Source: Myxosarcina sp. GA_180221_E-2-1-MAG-40_15
Lineage (GTDB): Bacteria > Cyanobacteriota > Cyanobacteriia > Cyanobacteriales > Xenococcaceae
Assembly: GCA_020692205.1 (NCBI GenBank)
Contig: JAIMKV010000018.1
Coordinates: forward strand, 594 to 24,593
DNA length: 24,000 nt
Reading direction: 5' to 3'
Under the pieces are notes generated by a model. That model did no database searches. It was given only the letters and a program-made list of their open reading frames with translations, and was not told where the DNA came from. This document shows, piece after piece, positions 15,847 to 24,000 of this stretch (the first letter of the stretch is position 1; the number at the start of each line of letters is the position of its first letter). Both the position numbers and the translations under genes were made by a program.

Positions 15847-17361
15847 ATGGCGACCGCTCTTAAAAGTAAGCAAACTTGTATCGTAGTTGTTGGGGCCGGT
15901 ATCGGCGGATTAACTGCGGGAGCGCTATTAGCCAAACGTGGTTATCAGGTAAAGATCTATGACCAAGCGATTGTGCCTGGGGGATGCGCCTCCACTTTTA
16001 AGCGTAGTGGTTTTACCTTTGACGTGGGAGCAACTCAGGTAGCGGGATTAGAGCCTGGAGGAATTCATCATCGCGTTTTTCAAGAATTAGCAATTCAACC
16101 GCCTCGGGCTACCGATTGCGATCCCGCCTGTGCTGTGTTCTTACCTGGAGAAACCGAGCCGATAAATGTCTGGCGAGATCAGGATAAGTGGCAAGAAGAA
16201 AGACAAAGACAGTTTCCTGGCAGTGAACCATTTTGGAATTTATTGAATCGTTTATTTGAGGCAAGCTGGCGTTTTCAAGGGCGAGACCCAGTCTTACCTC
16301 CTCGTAACCTTTGGGATTTATGGCAGTTAGTTTCCGCAGTCAGACCAGATACTTTAATTACTGTTCCCTTTACCTTAATGACTGTTGCCGATGCTTTAAA
16401 ACTATACGGCTTAGATGGAGATCAACGACTAAAGATTTTTTTAGATCTGCAATTAAAGCTTTATTCCCAGGTAGGGACAGAAGAGACAGCCTTATTGTAT
16501 GCAGCTACAGCCTTAGCGGTTTCCCAAGCACCCCAAGGACTATTTCATCTTGAAGGAAGTATGCAGGTATTGAGCGATCGCCTAGTAACGGGTTTAGAAA
16601 AGTATGGTGGTAAGCTGATGATGCGCCATAGCGTTGAACAAATCCACACTAAGTCAGGAAAAGTTACTGGAGTGACTGTCCGCAACCAGAAAACTGGTGC
16701 AACTTGGATCGAAAAGGCAGAGGAAGTAGTAACAAACGTTACCGCGCAAAATTTAGTTAAGCTGACTGATGATAAATCCCTGCTAAATTATCAACGTCGA
16801 GTCGAAAAGCTGCCTCAACCATCAGGAGCATTTGTAGTTTACCTAGGAGTTAAACGAGAAGCAATTCCCGCCGACTGCTCTCCCCATCTCCAGTTTCTTT
16901 ACGATCAAGATGAAGTAATTGGTGAAAATAACTCCCTGTTTGTTTCAGTTAGCAAGCCAGGAGATGGACGCGCCCCCGAAGGACAAGCAACGCTGATTGC
17001 ATCTTCTTTTACCGATGTTGATTTATGGTGGAAGGATGATCGTGACTATGACCAGATTAAACAACAGTATACCAAAGAGGCGATCGCGCGTTTAGGATCG
17101 TATTTTAACCTCACTCCAGAAAATATTATTTACACTGAAGCAGCAACCCCCCGAACTTTCGCTAACTATACGGCTAGGGAAAAAGGGATTGTCGGTGGTT
17201 TAGGACAGCGTATTTCTACCTTTGGGCCTTTTGGCTTTGCCAACCGCACTCCAATTAAACATCTTTGGCTGGTGGGAGATTCTACGCACCCAGGAGAAGG
17301 TACAGCAGGAGTAAGTTATTCAGCTTTAACTGTTGTCAGACAAATTGAAGCGGGTATTTAA
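15847..17361 (+). CDS. crtD: Phytoene-desaturase-family FAD oxidoreductase, CrtD-like (carotenoid C-3',4' desaturase type)
   Basis: 504 aa. Dinucleotide-binding start VVVGAGIGGLTAGALLAKRGY, then PGGCASTFKRSGFTFDVGATQVAGLEPGGIHHRVF, which I recall from cyanobacterial CrtD (slr1293-type) rather than CrtH/CRTISO (SMIFGF type). C-terminal GDSTHPGEG. Confidence 0.65.
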   Translation: MATALKSKQTCIVVVGAGIGGLTAGALLAKRGYQVKIYDQAIVPGGCASTFKRSGFTFDVGATQVAGLEPGGIHHRVFQELAIQPPRATDCDPACAVFLPGETEPINVWRDQDKWQEERQRQFPGSEPFWNLLNRLFEASWRFQGRDPVLPPRNLWDLWQLVSAVRPDTLITVPFTLMTVADALKLYGLDGDQRLKIFLDLQLKLYSQVGTEETALLYAATALAVSQAPQGLFHLEGSMQVLSDRLVTGLEKYGGKLMMRHSVEQIHTKSGKVTGVTVRNQKTGATWIEKAEEVVTNVTAQNLVKLTDDKSLLNYQRRVEKLPQPSGAFVVYLGVKREAIPADCSPHLQFLYDQDEVIGENNSLFVSVSKPGDGRAPEGQATLIASSFTDVDLWWKDDRDYDQIKQQYTKEAIARLGSYFNLTPENIIYTEAATPRTFANYTAREKGIVGGLGQRISTFGPFGFANRTPIKHLWLVGDSTHPGEGTAGVSYSALTVVRQIEAGI

Positions 17362-17517
17362 AGTCTACAAGATGAATGCAAATAACGTGGCACTATTTAA
17401 TTCCAACTCGTGATTTTCCCAAAATTTCCTTGTTCTAAAAGGCTGATCGCGCCACAATATAAAAATATAGAAAAGTATTTATACTCAGATAATTATTCGC
17501 TTAAAAATCCATAAATA

Positions 17518-18756
17518 ATGTTAGTCCAAGCAGAAACTACTCAAGCAGACTCCCTTAATCTCGATTGCGACATAGCCATTGTTGGCGGTGGCATTGTGGG
17601 GACAACTCTAGCAGCAGCACTAAAAGATTCTGGTCTAAAGATCATTTTGATTGAAGCTCGACCCCCAGAGGTAACGACAGCTAAAACCCAAGCTTATGCT
17701 CTTTCTCCTTTATCTAGTCGTATTTATCAAGGAATGGGTATATGGCAAAATATATTTCCCTACATTGGTAAATATCAGCATATAAGTCTGACTGATGCCG
17801 ATTATCCTCAGCAAGTTAAGTTCGAAACTAAAGATTTGCCAGGAGAATACTTGGGTTATGTGGCGCAGCACAACGTACTTATTACTGCCCTACACGAATA
17901 TTTGGTAGACTGTCCTAACGTTACCTGGCTTTGTCCAGCAGAGGTGATTAATCTAACTACAGATCAAGATGTTTCAACGCTAGAAGTAAGAGTTAATGGA
18001 GAACAACATTTAATCAAAACTAAACTGGTTGTGGGTGCAGACGGAGCGAGATCGCCGATTCGCCATTTAGCAAAAATCAAAACTCGGGGTTGGAAATATT
18101 GGCAATCCTGTGTGGCATTTACCATTAAGCATAACGCTCCCCAAAACAACACTGCTTTTGAACGTTTTTGGCCAACTGGTCCGATGGGAATACTACCTTT
18201 GCCCGAAAACCACTGTCAAATTGTTTGGACATACCCCCATGCCCAAGCTAAAGCTTTAGCTGAACTAAATGAGTCGGCTTTTTTAGCTAAACTACAGACC
18301 TGCATCGGTGGTGTTTTAGGCGATTTAGAATTAGTCAGCGAACGTCTGGTGTTCCCAGTCCAGCTAATGCAGTGCGATCGCTATATCAAGTCCCGTCTGG
18401 CTTTAATCGGTGATGCGGCTCACTGCTGTCATCCCGTTGGCGGACAAGGTTTGAACATGGGTATTCGAGATGCTGCTAGTTTAGCCCAGGTACTACAGAC
18501 TGCTCATGAGCAAGGACAGGATATCGGTACAGTCAAAGTTCTCAAACGCTATGAAGGCTGGCGACAACGGGAAAATTTAGCCATACTCGGCTTTACTGAT
18601 TTATTAGATCGGATGTTTTCTAATAATTGGTTGCCAGTAGTCGTTCTGCGCCGTCTGGGATTATGGCTGATGAGCTATTTGCAACCCCTAAGAATTTTTG
18701 CTCTGCGACTCATGACAGGTTTACTAGGTAGAACGCCCAAGTTAGCTCAACGCTAG
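17518..18756 (+). CDS. UbiH/UbiF/VisC/COQ6-family FAD-dependent quinone-ring hydroxylase
   Basis: 412 aa. Motifs: IVGGGIVGTTLAAAL, VGADGARSPIR, LIGDAAHCCHPVGGQGLNMGIRDA. Confidence 0.85.
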   Translation: MLVQAETTQADSLNLDCDIAIVGGGIVGTTLAAALKDSGLKIILIEARPPEVTTAKTQAYALSPLSSRIYQGMGIWQNIFPYIGKYQHISLTDADYPQQVKFETKDLPGEYLGYVAQHNVLITALHEYLVDCPNVTWLCPAEVINLTTDQDVSTLEVRVNGEQHLIKTKLVVGADGARSPIRHLAKIKTRGWKYWQSCVAFTIKHNAPQNNTAFERFWPTGPMGILPLPENHCQIVWTYPHAQAKALAELNESAFLAKLQTCIGGVLGDLELVSERLVFPVQLMQCDRYIKSRLALIGDAAHCCHPVGGQGLNMGIRDAASLAQVLQTAHEQGQDIGTVKVLKRYEGWRQRENLAILGFTDLLDRMFSNNWLPVVVLRRLGLWLMSYLQPLRIFALRLMTGLLGRTPKLAQR

Positions 18757-18993
18757 GTACATTGAGTAATCTAGACCAATTGAGCATTTATTTAGTCAAG
18801 AACAGAGTTTAATCTTATTTCTACGTCTGAACCGTTGATCATCATCCTACTTGGTCAGTTTGAGAATTGCGATCAATGTTATTATCAGAAATTGTAATCA
18901 AGGCACAATTACAGCTTAAAGCTTGGAAAAAAACCTTTATTTTCCAGTAATTTTAATTATCAGTAACTAACTACAAACAGAAGCTCGCACACT

Positions 18994-20298
18994 ATGATTC
19001 ACGATATATTCATGCCCGCCCTCAGTTCCACAATGACCGAAGGTAAGATTGTTGAGTGGACTAAATCCCCTGGAGACAAAGTAGAAAAAGGGGAAACGGT
19101 CTTAGTAGTTGAGTCGGACAAAGCCGACATGGACGTTGAATCTTTTAACGAAGGCTATCTGGCAGTTATCTTAGTCGAGGCGGGACAAGAAGCTCCAGTG
19201 GGCAGTGCGATCGCTCTAGTAGCCGAAACTGAAGCTGAAATTGAATCAGCTAAAAAACAAGCGGTGGATTATGCCAAAGGTGGAAGCAAACCCGAACAAG
19301 CAGCCCCCGTAGCAGTTACCGCACCAGTAGAAGTTAGTACTGCTACCGCATCTAGCAATGGTAGTAGCTCTGGCAGAACTATTGCTTCTCCCAGAGCGAA
19401 AAAATTGGCTAAACAGTTGGGTGTGGACTTAAAAACTATTCAGGGAAGTGGTCCTTATGGCAGAATTACTGCGGGTGATGTAGAACAGGCATCAGGCAAA
19501 CCGATAAGCTCTCCTGCTGCAACTCCTATCGGCGTTGTTCCTCAGGCTACTGCTAACTCTGCACCTGCTGTGGTGGCTGCTAGCGTTACTCCCTCAACTC
19601 CTGCTGCCCCAGTCAATGTTACTTCTGGTGAAACTGTACCCCTTAACACTTTGCAAAAAGCGGTGGTACAGAACATGATGGCAAGCTTGCAAGTGCCTAT
19701 TTTTCATGTTACCTACACGATTACTACCGATGCTTTAGATCGACTTTATCAGCAGATCAAACCCAAAGGTGTTACGATGACGGCTTTATTAGCCAAGGCG
19801 ATCGCCATTACCTTACAAAAACATCCTGTAGTTAATGCTGGCTATACTCAGGACGCTATTAGCTATAAGTCTGAAATTAATATTGCTGTAGCAGTAGCTA
19901 TGCCCGATGGTGGTCTAATTACTCCTGTACTGCGTAATGCTGACCAAATGGATATCTATTCTCTGTCTCGCAGTTGGCAAGATTTAGTCGCTCGTGCCAG
20001 ATCAAAACAACTAAAACCCGAAGAATATACGACTGGAACATTTACTCTGTCTAATTTGGGAATGTTTGGCGTAGATAGTTTCGATGCTATTTTACCACCT
20101 GGACAAGGCTCAATTTTAGCCGTTGGTGGTTCAAAACCGCAGTTGGTGGCTGATGATCGGGGCATGATGGGAGTCAAACGCCAGATGAAGGTTAATATTA
20201 CTGCCGATCACCGCATTATCTATGGCGCACAGGCAGCAGCGTTTTTAAAAGATTTAGCTAGTCTAATTGAAACTGACGCTCAATCTTTGACGCTTTGA
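18994..20298 (+). CDS. pdhC: Dihydrolipoamide acetyltransferase (E2) of the pyruvate dehydrogenase complex
   Basis: 434 aa. Lipoyl domain (IFMPALSSTMTEGKIVEW...VESDKADMDVESF), Ala/Pro linker, E3-binding segment (ASPRAKKLAKQLGVDL), catalytic domain with DHRIIYGA. Confidence 0.92.
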   Translation: MIHDIFMPALSSTMTEGKIVEWTKSPGDKVEKGETVLVVESDKADMDVESFNEGYLAVILVEAGQEAPVGSAIALVAETEAEIESAKKQAVDYAKGGSKPEQAAPVAVTAPVEVSTATASSNGSSSGRTIASPRAKKLAKQLGVDLKTIQGSGPYGRITAGDVEQASGKPISSPAATPIGVVPQATANSAPAVVAASVTPSTPAAPVNVTSGETVPLNTLQKAVVQNMMASLQVPIFHVTYTITTDALDRLYQQIKPKGVTMTALLAKAIAITLQKHPVVNAGYTQDAISYKSEINIAVAVAMPDGGLITPVLRNADQMDIYSLSRSWQDLVARARSKQLKPEEYTTGTFTLSNLGMFGVDSFDAILPPGQGSILAVGGSKPQLVADDRGMMGVKRQMKVNITADHRIIYGAQAAAFLKDLASLIETDAQSLTL

Positions 20299-20468
20299 CA
20301 CAAGCGATCGCCTTTTAGTTTCATAGTTAAAATTTAAAATTGTGCTAATTAGTATAGGCGAAGCAGATCTGGTTCTGTCTTTTTGCTTATACTAAGCTGA
20401 TAAATGCAAATAATAACTAAAGGCTGAATAATAATAGCCTGTACAGTTCAATTGACGAGTAAACCAAA

Positions 20469-20897
20469 ATGAGCGAGCGGTTTCTCTACGAAAAATCTGT
20501 AGCATATCAGGAATGTTTAATTATTCCCTTTGTTTTCCGCTGCATTGATAGTCAAAATATCTATTCTTATTCTCTCCTATCAGAGCAGGGTTACACTAGC
20601 ATCTTACATCAAGCGGAAAATCCTGCCAGGTTATATTCTAATGAGCTACAAGGCATTGTGGCGATCGCCAAACAGCATTTAGATAGCCAAATTATCTTGG
20701 AAGGATCGCACTATTTTCAACAGCGTTACACTTATCATCACAATCTAATTGTAATCCATCAACAAGCTAACAAGTGTTTTTATGATCACTACGCCCCAAA
20801 CAAGTTAGTCAACATCGCTGCCCCTAAAGTATTTAGTTGTCCTTCAGACTGCATCGCTTGGGTTAAGTGGGGACTACAGCGCAGCCAAAATAATTAA
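20469..20897 (+). CDS. Hypothetical protein (142 aa)
   Basis: Intact ORF with an ATG start and no recognisable motif. Its stop overlaps the stop of the convergent gene. Confidence 0.5.
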   Translation: MSERFLYEKSVAYQECLIIPFVFRCIDSQNIYSYSLLSEQGYTSILHQAENPARLYSNELQGIVAIAKQHLDSQIILEGSHYFQQRYTYHHNLIVIHQQANKCFYDHYAPNKLVNIAAPKVFSCPSDCIAWVKWGLQRSQNN

Positions 20898-21184
20898 TGT
20901 GCTTCTTTGACAATTACAAAAGGCTGGACAATCAAAGCCGTAAATTCTTTTTGCGGTGTCTGATTCCAGTTGGTCAGTTGTTTTGAAGTTGGCTTCGCAA
21001 TGAATTGTTCGCCAATCCATCGCTGCACGAAAGGGGTGTTGTCTTGCGCGATCGCTACTGCTACTTCCGAAAGATCTAACTCATCTTTAACTACAATAAT
21101 GGCATCTCTTTTGGCGTGAGGCTGTAAGTCTTGCCAAGAAATATTGGCAACATCTTGTTCTAGTTTCTCTTTTAAATTTGACAT
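20894..21184 (-). CDS. Conserved small cyanobacterial protein (tentatively DUF2288-like)
   Basis: 96 aa with an ATG start. The pattern W.DL.PHAKRDAIIVV...LDL.EV..AIA.DN...V..WI......KP....L..W......F.ALIVQPFV resembles my memory of DUF2288; not verified. Confidence 0.55.
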   Translation of the reverse strand: MSNLKEKLEQDVANISWQDLQPHAKRDAIIVVKDELDLSEVAVAIAQDNTPFVQRWIGEQFIAKPTSKQLTNWNQTPQKEFTALIVQPFVIVKEAH

Positions 21185-21467
21185 AGTAAATTGGCTTGCT
21201 ATCTACTTCCAATTATCTTAAGTCTCTGTTGGAAAATTTAGCAAATTGGCTATCTGTTTTTTAAGTTATCAGTTTATTGAATCGGACACAGATCACTAAA
21301 GCTGAGTGATAACCGTACTGTAAAACCAGAACGAAAATACCATAAAATATAGATGTAAGCAATTACACATCGTTCATCTCTCTAACCACAAATTAGCAAG
21401 ACGGAAGTAGGAGAAATCTCTCGAAGGAACGCACTGTACAAAGTTTATCTTGAGAGGCAACTATAAT

Positions 21468-21590
21468 ATGGATATAGCTAACATCGATTTATTCTGGCTA
21501 CTAAGCATTGTAACTATTTTTACGGCGATTATGTCTCCCACACTTTGTTGGGTTCTAACAGCTAAACATCGTTCAATCAAAGCTCAGTAA
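21468..21590 (+). CDS. Possible 40-aa single-TM peptide
   Basis: My own translation gives MDIANIDLFWLLSIVTIFTAIMSPTLCWVLTAKHRSIKAQ*. There is a purine-rich GAGAGG ~12 nt upstream, one hydrophobic helix followed by basic residues, and a GC-rich hairpin after the stop. No homology evidence is available. Confidence 0.3.
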   Translation: MDIANIDLFWLLSIVTIFTAIMSPTLCWVLTAKHRSIKAQ

Positions 21591-21609
21591 ATACAACAAT
21601 AGACTGCCA

Positions 21610-21634
21610 AAGGGGGTGGGAATATTACCCCCTT
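21610..21634. terminator. GC-rich hairpin between the small ORF and the 3' end of hisS (candidate bidirectional terminator)
   Basis: AAGGGGG (21610-21616), 11-nt loop, CCCCCTT (21628-21634), followed by GTTTGA on the + strand. It sits between convergent transcription units ending at 21590 and 21669. Confidence 0.35.
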
Positions 21635-21668
21635 GTTTGATGAATGTTCAGACAATCTATTTCCAGAC

Positions 21669-22940
21669 TCATTTTAAGCTGGCGATTTTCAACTTCAACT
21701 CTTCTACCATATCTAATAAATTGCTTTGAGTGATCGCCTGTTGTTCTCCTGATGCCAACCATTTTAAGTTAACCGTGTTACTTTGCGCCTCCGCATCACC
21801 TAAAATTAAACAGGCAACTGCACCACTGCGATCAGCTCTTTTAAACTGTTTACCAAAAGCACTACTGCTTAAATCTAGTTCGACTCTCAAGCCTAAGTTA
21901 CGTAACTTCTGCGCCAAGATTAATCCTTGTGCTTCTGCTGCTTCACCACGAGAAATAATATACATATCAGGAATATTAACTAGATTAGATTCTAGCTGTT
22001 GCAACAGCAATACTAATCTTTCCATGCCAATTGCCCAACCTACCGCTTGGGTTTCAGGGCCGCCTAGTTCTTTTACCAAACCGTCATAGCGTCCACCACC
22101 ACATACTGTTGCCTGGGCGCCCAAGTCATCGGATTTGATTTCAAAAGCAGTGTGGGTATAGTAGTCCAAACCCCTCACGAGGCAGTGATTGATCTGATAC
22201 TTAATCTTCAAGTCAGTTAATAACTGCAACACCAGATCAAAGTGTTTTTTTGATTCTGTACTCAGATTCTCACTAATTTTAGGCGCATTTTGAGCAATTT
22301 CTTGGGTTTTAGGGTCTTTACTATCTAATATGCGTAGAGGATTACGGGTTAATCGATCTTGTGAATCTGGGTCTAAATCACCTTGATAGGGTTCGAGATA
22401 GCTAATCAAAGCTTCGCGATATTGAGCGCGATCTTGACTATTTCCTACCGAATTGATCTCCAACTCCAAATTTTTCAGACCCAAAGTTCGCAAAATATCA
22501 GTAGCCAAGGCGATAACTTCTACATCTGCACGAGGAGCATCACAACCTAACAATTCCAGCCCAACCTGATGAAACTGACGCTGACGACCAGCTTGTGGAC
22601 GTTCATAACGAAACATTGGGCCAGAATACCACAGTCGCTGTACACCTCCTTGGGCATGAAGCTTATTTTGAATATAAGCTCTGACTACTCCTGCCGTACC
22701 TTCCGGTCTGAGGGTAATAGACTTATCTCCTCGACTACTAAAGGTATACATCTCTTTCCCTACCACATCAGTAGCTTCTCCAATTCCCCGCTCAAATAAT
22801 GCCGTCTGCTCAAAAATAGGCACACGAATCTCTTGATATACTGCCCGACTCAGTATTTCCCTTACCGTTGCTTCAATTAACTGCCAGTATCCAACTTCCT
22901 CTGGCAGAATATCTCTTGTTCCTCTTAATGCTTGAATCAT
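21669..22940 (-). CDS. hisS: Histidine--tRNA ligase
   Basis: 423 aa. Class II aaRS/HisRS motifs: GTRDILPEE, LRPEGTAGVVRAY, FRYERPQAGRQRQFHQ, GGGRYDGL, plus a C-terminal anticodon-binding domain. Confidence 0.96.
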   Translation of the reverse strand: MIQALRGTRDILPEEVGYWQLIEATVREILSRAVYQEIRVPIFEQTALFERGIGEATDVVGKEMYTFSSRGDKSITLRPEGTAGVVRAYIQNKLHAQGGVQRLWYSGPMFRYERPQAGRQRQFHQVGLELLGCDAPRADVEVIALATDILRTLGLKNLELEINSVGNSQDRAQYREALISYLEPYQGDLDPDSQDRLTRNPLRILDSKDPKTQEIAQNAPKISENLSTESKKHFDLVLQLLTDLKIKYQINHCLVRGLDYYTHTAFEIKSDDLGAQATVCGGGRYDGLVKELGGPETQAVGWAIGMERLVLLLQQLESNLVNIPDMYIISRGEAAEAQGLILAQKLRNLGLRVELDLSSSAFGKQFKRADRSGAVACLILGDAEAQSNTVNLKWLASGEQQAITQSNLLDMVEELKLKIASLK

Positions 22941-22975
22941 TGATTGCTTAGTGACATCCTCCCACTCATCTTTAG

Positions 22976-23854
22976 CTAATTTAACTGATGTCCAGTTAGC
23001 TCCACAAAAATATCTTCCAAATTAGAATCACGGATCATCACCCCACTTTTATCGTTCAAAGATTCTAAATAAGTGTTAGCTGCTTTTGTGTCTGGAAAAA
23101 ACTGACTTTCTAATTGATCACCTGTTTGCTGAAGCGCGATCGCTTTGCCATATTGAGTACGAAACTGCTCTAGCGTTCCTAATCCAATCAGTTTACCAGT
23201 ATCCATAATACCGATGCGTCCTGGTTTGCCGTTACCCGAACGTTCGCACAGGAATTCTACCTCATCCATATAGTGACTGGTAATTATAATAGTCATTCCT
23301 TTACGGTTTAAATCCTGAATAATTGACCACAGGCGACGGCGAGTTTGAGGATCTAAACCCACTGTTGGTTCGTCTAAAAACAAAATATTTGGTTCATGAA
23401 GTAACGCCCTGGCAATTTGTAAACGACGTTTCATCCCACCAGATAAAGTTTTGACTAAAGAATTACGGCGATCGCTCAAGCCGACATATTCTAGCCAAAG
23501 ATTGATTCGCTTTTGTCTTTCGGGGTTAGCAATGTGGTGCATTCTGCCGTGGAATTCTAAATTTTCCCAAACAGATAATTCTCCATCAACACTAATTTGT
23601 TGCAAAACAACGCCAATACTTCTTTTGACCAAATTGCGATGGCGCGATACGTCATACCCTGCAACCTCAATTTTGCCTTTATTTGGCTCGCTCAGCGTGA
23701 TTAACATCCGAATTGTAGTTGATTTTCCCGCTCCATTTGGGCCTAAAAGACCAAATATTTCTCCTTGTTCTATAGTCAAAGAAAGATTGTCAACCACCAA
23801 GTTTTTATTGTATGTTTTGCCAACATTTGATAATGTTACCGCTGCATTGTTCAT
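22976..23854 (-). CDS. ABC transporter ATP-binding protein (ABC-2/DrrA-like)
   Basis: 292 aa. Walker A GLLGPNGAGKST, signature LSGGMKRRLQIARAL, Walker B ILFLDEPTVGLD, H-loop TSHYM. No permease gene is adjacent within the window. Confidence 0.92.
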   Translation of the reverse strand: MNNAAVTLSNVGKTYNKNLVVDNLSLTIEQGEIFGLLGPNGAGKSTTIRMLITLSEPNKGKIEVAGYDVSRHRNLVKRSIGVVLQQISVDGELSVWENLEFHGRMHHIANPERQKRINLWLEYVGLSDRRNSLVKTLSGGMKRRLQIARALLHEPNILFLDEPTVGLDPQTRRRLWSIIQDLNRKGMTIIITSHYMDEVEFLCERSGNGKPGRIGIMDTGKLIGLGTLEQFRTQYGKAIALQQTGDQLESQFFPDTKAANTYLESLNDKSGVMIRDSNLEDIFVELTGHQLN

Positions 23855-24000
23855 TGATATTTACAATTTTTATCTAGAAACCAAAAAACAATTATCAAAG
23901 ATAATGCTATTATCTTTTCAAGCCATTTTATTAATACTGCTAACAACAACTTGATTCAATCTTTAAACTTATAAACGAGATTAATAGCTAGAATTATTAG

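Noticed and set aside
14347-20177. Track ORFs 14347-14574(+), 16311-16553(+), 17964-18152(-), 19956-20177(-)
   Set aside because: Each is nested in a different frame or strand of a strongly supported enzyme gene (hydrolase, crtD-like, UbiH-family, pdhC).
21730-23954. Track ORFs 21730-22089(+), 22569-22799(+), 23451-23954(+)
   Set aside because: They are antisense shadows of hisS and the ABC ATPase gene, with Ser/Leu/Cys-rich nonsense composition.
1-24000. CRISPR arrays, tRNA/rRNA genes, riboswitches
   Set aside because: I saw no regularly spaced repeats and no tRNA-like T-arm/acceptor patterns in the intergenic regions I read. This is a visual scan only; tRNAscan-SE, Rfam and a CRISPR detector should confirm it.

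Overview
This window is cyanobacterial chromosome: HIP1 octamers (GCGATCGC) are dense, and psbX, ycf66 and ycf19/yggT are present. Most of it is ordinary housekeeping: glpK, accC, an Slt70-type lytic transglycosylase, a CocE/NonD-family hydrolase, a crtD-like desaturase, a UbiH-family hydroxylase, PDH E2, hisS and an ABC ATPase. The exception is a ~5.06 kb insertion (about 8445-13429) at the 3' end of the lytic transglycosylase gene. An imperfect 53-nt direct repeat of that gene's 3' end brackets it (8373-8425 and 13430-13482), and the second copy is a displaced remnant of the gene's C-terminus. The insertion carries one tight four-gene + strand operon. Its genes are a 114-aa unknown protein, a 708-aa MotA/ExbB-like protein with a ~525-aa helical tail (ZorA-like), a 233-aa TM plus OmpA-like protein (ZorB-like), and a 496-aa protein I tentatively read as ZorC-like (EH-signature). 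No ZorD, ZorE or other nuclease/helicase effector, integrase or transposase is visible. I interpret this as an atypical Zorya-related anti-phage candidate with a gene composition matching none of the described Zorya types. All family calls come from reading motifs by eye; no HMM or database search was possible. Short genes missing from the ORF track are also reported: psbX, a 53-aa lipoprotein and a 40-aa TM peptide. So are a P-loop gene remnant at the left edge and a few hairpins.
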